A DNA stretch of 32,901 nucleotides from a virus (lineage: Duplodnaviria > Caudoviricetes), in the IMG/VR virus record IMGVR_UViG_3300032269_000145, positions 1-32,901 of that record. One strand, given 5' to 3'. Shown one piece after another: positions 1-6,106 of the stretch. A program made the position numbers and the translations under genes. The notes beneath the pieces are model-generated. The model was not told where the DNA came from and searched no databases. It was given only the letters and a program-made list of their open reading frames with translations. Position 1 is the stretch's first letter, and each line of letters begins with the position of its first letter.

Positions 1-1
1 A

Positions 2-628
2 CATAGAAATCTCAGGGGGTGTTACGTCCCACTCGTCCCAAGCAAACACTGCGCCGTACTTAACAGCATCGGTAACAGCGCCATCAACCCAAATTGTTGA
101 ACCATCTTTAGCTGTTAGTTGACCAAAGATCATAGACGAATCCATGTCTCCAGTGCAATTGATACGAACGAATGGACGATTGGTCAAAGCACATAGCTGC
201 TCAATGAGACTAGATTTACCAGCACCTGTAGGACCAAAACAAAGCACTTTTTCATTAAGCTCCCAAGCCCTAAGAATGTTAGATGCAATTTCCGCATCAA
301 TGACGTAATCAGGATTGATACTAGGAACAAATGAAGCTACACGTTCATCCCATTTGTAATCGTGGAAAGTAGTGACAGGAAAGTCATCATGTGCATGAGT
401 GCTAGGATTACCAATAAGTTCTGAGAACATAACTTGGTTGAAAGCCAATGCAACGAATTTTAAAGGTAATGGTTTTGCTACAGGTTCAAACGCTGTGCTT
501 GCTGTTGTGTCTTCAGGAAATGTTTCCTTATACACTTCAGCAATCTTACGTTTGTCCAAAGCTTCTTTAATAGCCTTTTTAACAAGGTCTTCTACTTTGG
601 GAGCAGGTGTTACGGCAATACTAGTCAT
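2..628 (-). CDS. CobS/MoxR-like AAA+ ATPase (N-terminal part, runs off the window)
   Basis: Not in the ORF track; translated by hand. ATG at 628 overlaps the TGA of the upstream VWA gene (ATGA). Reads MTSIAVTPAPKVEDL..., with Walker A FGPTGAGKS, 'RPFVRINCTGD' and Walker B VFAWDEWD. Confidence 0.9.
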   Translation of the reverse strand, partial: MTSIAVTPAPKVEDLVKKAIKEALDKRKIAEVYKETFPEDTTASTAFEPVAKPLPLKFVALAFNQVMFSELIGNPSTHAHDDFPVTTFHDYKWDERVASFVPSINPDYVIDAEIASNILRAWELNEKVLCFGPTGAGKSSLIEQLCALTNRPFVRINCTGDMDSSMIFGQLTAKDGSTIWVDGAVTDAVKYGAVFAWDEWDVTPPEISM

Positions 629-2382
629 ACTAAAATTTTCCTTTCTATTAACTCAATCAACTTACTGGGAATGTCTTGCGGTTTGTTAACTATGCTGTGT
701 GCTTCGTAATATTCTTTAACAGAATCACTACATAAACCTAAACCATAAATGTCAACTAACTTGGCTTTTTGAATTTCTTGAATAACTTTATGGGTAAAAG
801 TAGATATACCACTCATACTTTTGGTAGCACAAGGACTACCGTCAGACATAACAATTAGTATTCTTTTCTTTTCTTTACGTTTAACAAGGCGATCATATGC
901 CCATAAGATGTTTTCTCCGTCAGGATTGCCCTCCATGTAATCACTAGACATTGAAAAGTATTCTTCTAAAGAATTTTCGTTTACTTTAAAATCAGAGAAA
1001 CTTTTGTATATAAACATCAATGGGTCAGGAGCTTTACCAGACTCATTGACATCAGTAAAACCTAAGATTTCTAATGGGATGTTAAGAGTAGAACAAACTT
1101 CATTGACTAGTTTTGTTGAAGCTAAAGCATTAAGTACTTTTTCCCCAGACATTGAACCAGACATATCTACAAGAACTGTAATTGCAGCATCCAGAGTTTT
1201 GTTTTCAATCTTGGTTTTAAACACACGCTCGTTAAATCCAGGAGCATTAAAACAAATACGAGACAACCTAGATTGATCCAGTTTGCCTTTTTTAGTACCG
1301 TATTGTGTTTGTACTCTAGACCTAATTTGAATAAGTTTACGAACTTGTTGAGCAAAGTTTTCTTGAGACACTAAATGCTTCTCTACTTTATCTTTATAAT
1401 TTCTTATAAAATCTAAGTCTTTAGAAAAGTATTGCGGGTTACCTATATTTTTAGGATAGTTAACTATAACAAATTTGTTATAGTCAGTTAAATCCCATTC
1501 ACTATGTTTTTCTTTAAATGGTTTAATATTGATACCTGTTTTAGTTAAACCAGCTTTTTCTTCAGGTATAGTTACAGAGTAATTATCAATATCTTCTTGA
1601 GTTATTTCTATCTCAATTATTTTATACTCTTCAGAAACTACGAGTTTACCTTCACCATCAGTTTTAGTACTACCAGGTTCAGTAGTTCCATCAGATTTAC
1701 CATCTCCAGTAGAAGGTTTAGGTTTTGCAGGTAATTTAAACTCCTCTTTCATACTAGTTTTTAGCTCAGTCAAAATGTCATAAGCTAAATCAAAAGTAGA
1801 TTGAGAACCTTTGCGTTTGTCTAAAATGCTATGACAATGGTTAAGACGATCAAAATAGTTATTAAGAACATTTGTTATTGTTTTGTCAGGAGTAAAATCA
1901 TTGGTAGCTAATTGCACAAGTGGAAAGCTACTAGCTGAGATTTGACTTTCCCAATGGATTAGAGAAGTAACAAGCTTAGAGATAGGTGTAATATCTTTTT
2001 TAGCCTTTTTAAGAATATCTGAGATTACTTCAGCACCGCATTCATCCCAGTTTTCCCTAAAACCTTCATACTCCTTAGATTCAATCATGTTAATCCTAGA
2101 ATCTTCAAGAAGATTCCAAACAAACATAAGTGGATTAGTAGAAGGAAGGTTTTTTTCTTTGATTAGATCAAAGCAGCTAAAGCGGTCATGGGCAACTTCA
2201 TGGTCAGTAGATGCCATGAGTTGCTTTAACTCTTGTATTGTTGTGGATGCTGTAATCTTAGGCAGATAGATAGTGTTTCCATCATGCTTAGGTTGGTTAA
2301 CATCCTCAAATACTACGGAAAGTCCAGCCCTGCCAGCACTTGCCCGTACATATTTCATTACCTCAATGCCATTAGTTAGCAT
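625..2382 (-). CDS. CobT-like VWA-domain protein with N-terminal HExxH motif
   Basis: MIDAS motif VLVDMSGSMS, later 'LIVMSDGSP', 'GKLDQSRL' preceding the VWA domain, and N-terminal HEVAH...LEDSRIN. Adjacent to the CobS-like ATPase. Confidence 0.88.
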   Translation of the reverse strand: MLTNGIEVMKYVRASAGRAGLSVVFEDVNQPKHDGNTIYLPKITASTTIQELKQLMASTDHEVAHDRFSCFDLIKEKNLPSTNPLMFVWNLLEDSRINMIESKEYEGFRENWDECGAEVISDILKKAKKDITPISKLVTSLIHWESQISASSFPLVQLATNDFTPDKTITNVLNNYFDRLNHCHSILDKRKGSQSTFDLAYDILTELKTSMKEEFKLPAKPKPSTGDGKSDGTTEPGSTKTDGEGKLVVSEEYKIIEIEITQEDIDNYSVTIPEEKAGLTKTGINIKPFKEKHSEWDLTDYNKFVIVNYPKNIGNPQYFSKDLDFIRNYKDKVEKHLVSQENFAQQVRKLIQIRSRVQTQYGTKKGKLDQSRLSRICFNAPGFNERVFKTKIENKTLDAAITVLVDMSGSMSGEKVLNALASTKLVNEVCSTLNIPLEILGFTDVNESGKAPDPLMFIYKSFSDFKVNENSLEEYFSMSSDYMEGNPDGENILWAYDRLVKRKEKKRILIVMSDGSPCATKSMSGISTFTHKVIQEIQKAKLVDIYGLGLCSDSVKEYYEAHSIVNKPQDIPSKLIELIERKILV

Positions 2383-2387
2383 TTAGA

Positions 2388-2831
2388 TTACTCCAAATAA
2401 GCTTTGACTTTGTTATAGACATATGCGCTGTCTATGTCTGCTGGAACTTCCATAAGAAGTTTCATAATCTTGTCTACATACTCATCATTAGTCATAGGTT
2501 CTTTTGTCTCTAGTTTCATTTCTTTAATCTTGTTCTGAAGATGAGTTTTGCCATAGAAACCACCGTTGTCATCAACCAGTCCAAGACCCAATTTCATAGA
2601 ACTTTGGATAACAGACTTAGCAGAACGCCAAGGGCCAGGCATAGCTGACACTTCATACTCTTTGCGAATCAAAGACTCTGTGTCTTTAACTTCTTTAACA
2701 AACGTCTCCAGTGTTGAATGAGTAAATGCTACTTGGATCATCTTTTCAAACGTACTAGTAGCAGAACTATCCGAGACAAGAGCCTCCGTAGCTGCTGCGT
2801 ACAGCGTTGGTGAAGTGGTAGTTGGTTCCAT
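2388..2831 (-). CDS. Hypothetical phage protein (147 aa)
   Basis: ORF with GGAG Shine-Dalgarno (ctcc at 2837-2840), packed 5 nt from the next gene. Confidence 0.8.
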   Translation of the reverse strand: MEPTTTSPTLYAAATEALVSDSSATSTFEKMIQVAFTHSTLETFVKEVKDTESLIRKEYEVSAMPGPWRSAKSVIQSSMKLGLGLVDDNGGFYGKTHLQNKIKEMKLETKEPMTNDEYVDKIMKLLMEVPADIDSAYVYNKVKAYLE

Positions 2832-2861
2832 AAGAACTCCGGTAAAGGCAACATAGCCTCA

Positions 2862-2887
2862 ATATGACCCTATTGCTAAGGTCATAT
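2862..2887 (-). other. Intergenic RNA hairpin with GCAA tetraloop
   Basis: Minus strand reads ATATGACCTTA-GCAA-TAGGGTCATAT: 11-bp stem including one G-U pair, GNRA loop, no U-tract. Confidence 0.6.
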
Positions 2888-2896
2888 CAAAGTTTG

Positions 2897-3040
2897 TTAG
2901 TAAGGAATATCGTCAGATTCAATGGTTTGTGTCTCTAGTGGAGTCTTGACAGGACTTATTTCACCAGCATCCATGTCAATGTCAATACTGACCATAACGT
3001 CGTCATAATCAGTTTGTTCTATGTAAAACGTTTTGTTCAT
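2897..3040 (-). CDS. Small acidic protein (47 aa) ending in DDIPY
   Basis: Hand translation: MNKTFYIEQTDYDDVMVSIDIDMDAGEISPVKTPLETQTIESDDIPY*. Starts 9 nt after the upstream stop. Confidence 0.65.
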   Translation of the reverse strand: MNKTFYIEQTDYDDVMVSIDIDMDAGEISPVKTPLETQTIESDDIPY

Positions 3041-3049
3041 AGCTATTAA

Positions 3050-3226
3050 CTACTCTGCTATACCGTAGTCACCGTCATAGAACCAATTGAGATACGCAAA
3101 GATTCCACAAGCAAATGCGTTATCAGTCTCGTTAGTCTCTTCTAAACCAGCTTCTTCTAACGTAAGCATATCTACTTTATCGGAATCTTCCCAATTCATT
3201 TCATCTACCAGGTCAAGTGATTTCAT
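3050..3226 (-). CDS. Small acidic protein (58 aa)
   Basis: Hand translation: MKSLDLVDEMNWEDSDKVDMLTLEEAGLEETNETDNAFACGIFAYLNWFYDGDYGIAE*. Strong SD TAGGAG upstream. Confidence 0.78.
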   Translation of the reverse strand: MKSLDLVDEMNWEDSDKVDMLTLEEAGLEETNETDNAFACGIFAYLNWFYDGDYGIAE

Positions 3227-3254
3227 AATTAACTCCTAAGTTAAAAACAAACAA

Positions 3255-3367
3255 GAGGGCGCAGCCTCACGGCCCCCCGCAAAGGGCCGGGAGCCAGCCC
3301 GACATGACTATCAAGCGAAGCCCACCGCAAGCGAGTGACGCGCAGCGGCGCGAAGGTTGCCGGGCTG
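3255..3367 (+). other. GC-rich multi-hairpin element 1 (GNA triloops)
   Basis: GGC-GCA-GCC (3258-3266), CGGCCC/GGGCCG (3270-3289), and outer stem CAGCCCG/CGGGCTG (3295-3301/3361-3367) enclosing GC-GAA-GC and CGC-GCA-GCG. Confidence 0.7.
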
Positions 3368-3374
3368 AGCGACA

Positions 3375-3665
3375 TCAATAAATAATAGGAATCTGTTCCC
3401 ATTTGTCATACGGACGATGAGTAGAGACGAACTTGTTACTAGTAACGCTATCTGTGTCGCCATTGATCTCCCGAATCATTGCGTTCCAGTCATCAGCATC
3501 CAGTACAGCAATGCCAAGCCGCAAGAAGTACTGGCGAGCATCAGCCTCCTGTTTGTAAGTCGTAGTAATAACCCTGCAACCAAGATTCCACTCAACGTCA
3601 GTGCAACCTTGGTAAGAGTCACGCATAACTCCAAACTCTTTATCAATGTGTATAAGGTCCCACAT
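3375..3665 (-). CDS. Hypothetical protein (96 aa)
   Basis: ORF with GGAG SD (TGGAGATAACTATG), co-oriented with its neighbours. Confidence 0.75.
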   Translation of the reverse strand: MWDLIHIDKEFGVMRDSYQGCTDVEWNLGCRVITTTYKQEADARQYFLRLGIAVLDADDWNAMIREINGDTDSVTSNKFVSTHRPYDKWEQIPIIY

Positions 3666-3667
3666 AG

Positions 3668-3787
3668 TTATCTCCAGAAGTAAAAGGGAAAGAAGATTGC
3701 CATTGCAAAGATAAAGCAGCCAGCATAGTCACGCCATGTATAGCAGTACACGATCTTCACTTGGTTATAGTTAGTAATGTCTTTCAT
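3668..3787 (-). CDS. Small putative membrane peptide (39 aa)
   Basis: Hand translation: MKDITNYNQVKIVYCYTWRDYAGCFIFAMAIFFPFYFWR*. SD GGAG upstream; hydrophobic C-terminal half. Confidence 0.65.
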   Translation of the reverse strand: MKDITNYNQVKIVYCYTWRDYAGCFIFAMAIFFPFYFWR

Positions 3788-3808
3788 AGGTATCTCCAAA
3801 GTAAACAT

Positions 3809-3837
3809 AAAAAAAGCGGTAGTGATTAGCTACCGCT
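3809..3837 (-). terminator. Rho-independent terminator
   Basis: Minus strand AGCGGTAG-CTAATCA-CTACCGCT followed by a T-tract, 8 nt downstream of the 3846..4070 stop. Confidence 0.85.
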
Positions 3838-3845
3838 GTGTGTGA

Positions 3846-4070
3846 TTAAGCTGCTTGACGAGCAATTGCGTCATCTTTCATCAGTTGACGGAGAGCTTTG
3901 ATGTCAGCGAGTGCGCCGCGCAGTTCAGTTGCACGAGGGTTGTCGTACTTCTCCATGCTCCACAGTGCGTTAGAGAGAAGCTGCTGAGCCAAGAAGATTT
4001 GAAGCCCAGCGGGTTTGCGTTCAGTTGTTGCGTTGAAAGCGTTGAAATCGAAGTCGTTTTGCGTTGCCAT
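3846..4070 (-). CDS. Hypothetical early protein (74 aa)
   Basis: SD TAGGAG, followed by a terminator. First gene of the leftward arm. Confidence 0.8.
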   Translation of the reverse strand: MATQNDFDFNAFNATTERKPAGLQIFLAQQLLSNALWSMEKYDNPRATELRGALADIKALRQLMKDDAIARQAA

Positions 4071-4098
4071 AACTAGCTCCTAAGTTGAGTTGAGAGAA

Positions 4099-4322
4099 CC
4101 GAGGGGAATTAGCCCCCTCACCAAGGCCGGGCGTGAGGGCAAGCCCCGCAGGGGCGTAGTCGCGCAGCGATTGCCAAGGCACTAAGGCGTAGCCCGAAGC
4201 GCGAAGCGCGGAGCCGTGCCACAAAGGAGGAGGCACGACGACGACTGGCGCGGTTAGTGCAGAGTGGGCGACTAGCCCACGGTGGCAACCCGAACAAAAG
4301 GCGGGGGGCTAATTACTATCGG
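4099..4322 (+). other. GC-rich multi-branch hairpin element 2 (GNA triloops)
   Basis: Outer stem AATTAGCCCCC/GGGGGCTAATT (4107-4117/4304-4314). Inner stems: GCCCC-GCA-GGGGC, TCGC-GCA-GCGA, GGC-GTA-GCC, GCGC-GAA-GCGC, GCACTAA/TTAGTGC, CGTGCC/GGCACG, GTGGGC/GCCCAC. Confidence 0.75.
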
Positions 4323-4478
4323 TTAGCAACACAACCGGGGATTAAGCGGTTATGGAAACGAGAAAGGACGAGTGGACTGGGTAGACATCGACGTACCTCA
4401 AACAACGGCTTGTAGATGGCAACAGAGGCCGAACAACGGTATATAAGAGATGCTACATCGGGGCTGTAACATGGGGGC

Positions 4479-4491
4479 TAAGTTATTGATG
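4479..4491 (-). promoter_or_regulatory. IHF-like binding site
   Basis: Minus strand CATCAATAACTTA versus IHF consensus WATCAANNNNTTR (one mismatch). Confidence 0.45.
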
Positions 4492-4500
4492 TACATAAGG

Positions 4501-4613
4501 TTGCCTAATAAACAGGCAAATAGTGCCTAAAAAAGAGGCACATTGATTAAATAATAGGCAGTTTAGATGAAGTAGTAGTACTATAGTTGTACTGTTGCTT
4601 AAATAATAGGCAA
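4501..4613. promoter_or_regulatory. Four Fis-like palindromic sites (TGCCT-N7-AGGCA family)
   Basis: GCCTAATAAACAGGC (4503), GCCTAAAAAAGAGGC (4525), GATTAAATAATAGGC (4545), GCTTAAATAATAGGC (4597). Three match G-N2-YR-N2-W-N2-YR-N2-C exactly. Confidence 0.55.
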
Positions 4614-4938
4614 CTTATAACTGTAGTTGTATGTTAAGGACAACTGTTGCTGTAGTGTTGAAGTAGTAGTTTGCTATGTATAGACAGTAGCTGTATGTAT
4701 ATATAGTTATATGTGTATTGTTTTTATAGTTGCTGTTAGGTGGTAGTGGTGTGTGTTACTAGTAGCAACCCTACCCTGTACCTAGTAGGTAGGGGAGGGG
4801 AGGGGGGAAATTTATTTTTCTTTTAAATTGATTTATCACACCTTACAACCACGGCGCATATTTTTTAAACAAAGGGGGGTAGGGAGATAAATTGGTGCTC
4901 GTCCTTACAGGACTCGCAAGCTAACCTACATTAGACAT

Positions 4939-4961
4939 AAAAAAAGAGCCTTACGGCTCTT
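4939..4961 (-). terminator. Rho-independent terminator (leftward)
   Basis: Minus strand AAGAGCC-GTAA-GGCTC followed by TTTTTTT. Confidence 0.7.
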
Positions 4962-5187
4962 ACACTACTAACAATAACACTACTTATATATCTGACCAGA
5001 AAAAACAAAAAAGAGTAAAAAAGAAAAAAGAATATAAAGATTATACACACAGGTCTAGGACACTAGTTCACTACTATAGTTGCGATTTACACAATCTTTG
5101 TAGGAATCTTAAAAGGATGATACAGTACACCTGTAGAAGGAAGCTTGTCCTCTACACCTACAACTTACTTTTCTAAAGGATAGAACC

Positions 5188-5313
5188 ATGATGAAGAAGA
5201 AGCCAATGCCAGCTAAAAAAGAACCCATGTCTAAGATGGCTGACAAAGCTGAAGACAAAAAAGAAATGATGAAAGACAAAATGGCTAAGGCTAAGAAAAA
5301 ACCTATGAAGTGA
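5188..5313 (+). CDS. Small Lys/Met-rich basic peptide (41 aa)
   Basis: Hand translation: MMKKKPMPAKKEPMSKMADKAEDKKEMMKDKMAKAKKKPMK*. AAGGA SD. Confidence 0.7.
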   Translation: MMKKKPMPAKKEPMSKMADKAEDKKEMMKDKMAKAKKKPMK

Positions 5314-5326
5314 AAGGTACACCATC

Positions 5327-5572
5327 ATGGCTAAGTCTCCTGCATGGCAACGTAAAGAAGGTAAGAGTCCCTCTGGTGGTTTGAATGCTAAAGGTAGAGC
5401 ATCTGCCAAGAAAGAGGGTCACAACCTTAAACCACCTCAACCTGAAGGTGGTTCTCGTAAAGACAGCTTCTGTGCTCGTATGGGTGGAATGAAGAAGAAG
5501 TTGACTGGTACAGCTAAAGCTAAAGATCCTGATTCAAGGATTAACAAAGCTCTTAAGAAGTGGAAGTGTTAA
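5327..5572 (+). CDS. Small basic phage protein, DUF6321-like
   Basis: AWQRKEGK-P-GGLNAKGRAS and SFCARM...SRINKALKKWKC pattern, recognised from memory as a common aquatic phage family. Confidence 0.75.
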   Translation: MAKSPAWQRKEGKSPSGGLNAKGRASAKKEGHNLKPPQPEGGSRKDSFCARMGGMKKKLTGTAKAKDPDSRINKALKKWKC

Positions 5573-5575
5573 ACC

Positions 5576-6106
5576 ATGCGTAGAAAAACCTCACATGATC
5601 GTAGGTACAAGAAGTCTGTCTGGACTCAGAACCAGAAGCTAGAGGCTGTCAGTACCTACCTCATGTTGGGGTCTATGCCTCAGACTGCCATTGTTACGGG
5701 TATACCCTTACCTACACTTAAGTCTTGGAAGTGTGCAGATTGGTTTAAAGAGTTTGCTCTTCAACTTAAAACTGAAGACATTCAACAGCTAGATTCCAAC
5801 CTCAAACGGATTGTTAACAAAGCTCTTAAAGCTACAGAAGATCGGATTGACTTTGGAGATGCTCAGTTTGACCAAAGGACTGGAGACATCATTCGTATAC
5901 CTATCAAAGCTCATGTGGCCCTAAAGATATCTACAGAGCTATTGACCAAGCAACAGAAGCTTACTGAGAACCCCATCAAGGAAGAAGTAGAGAAAACAAT
6001 TGACGATAGGCTCCTCAAGTTGTCTGAAGAGTTTGCTAAATTTGCTAGTAAGAAGCTAGAGTCTGCTGTAGCTATAGACGTTGAGGCCAAGGTTGTCCAA
6101 GCTTAA
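5576..6106 (+). CDS. Probable terminase small subunit
   Basis: N-terminal HTH-like segment (MPQTAIVTGIPLPTLKSWK) followed by a helical region. Overlaps the terL start. Confidence 0.65.
   Translation: MRRKTSHDRRYKKSVWTQNQKLEAVSTYLMLGSMPQTAIVTGIPLPTLKSWKCADWFKEFALQLKTEDIQQLDSNLKRIVNKALKATEDRIDFGDAQFDQRTGDIIRIPIKAHVALKISTELLTKQQKLTENPIKEEVEKTIDDRLLKLSEEFAKFASKKLESAVAIDVEAKVVQA

Noticed and set aside
399-689. 96-aa plus-strand ORF
   Set aside because: Antisense to the AAA ATPase, which has clear Walker motifs.
4021-4236. 71-aa minus-strand ORF across the GC-rich element
   Set aside because: No SD, atypical composition and overlap with a better gene. It is open only because the region is GC-rich.
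3255-4322. tRNA or known ribozyme in the GC-rich islands
   Set aside because: No T-loop GTTCRA/cloverleaf and no hammerhead CTGATGA-GAAA core on either strand.
4501-4613. Possible mini-CRISPR array
   Set aside because: Repeats are only 15-19 bp and degenerate, with 3-5 nt gaps rather than spacers; no cas genes.
5075-5130. Sigma70 promoter for the late operon
   Set aside because: TTGCGA/TTTACA candidates lack a convincing -10 at 16-18 bp spacing.
5173-5409. 78-aa Phe/His-rich minus-strand ORF
   Set aside because: Reverse complement of Lys/Met-rich plus-strand genes.
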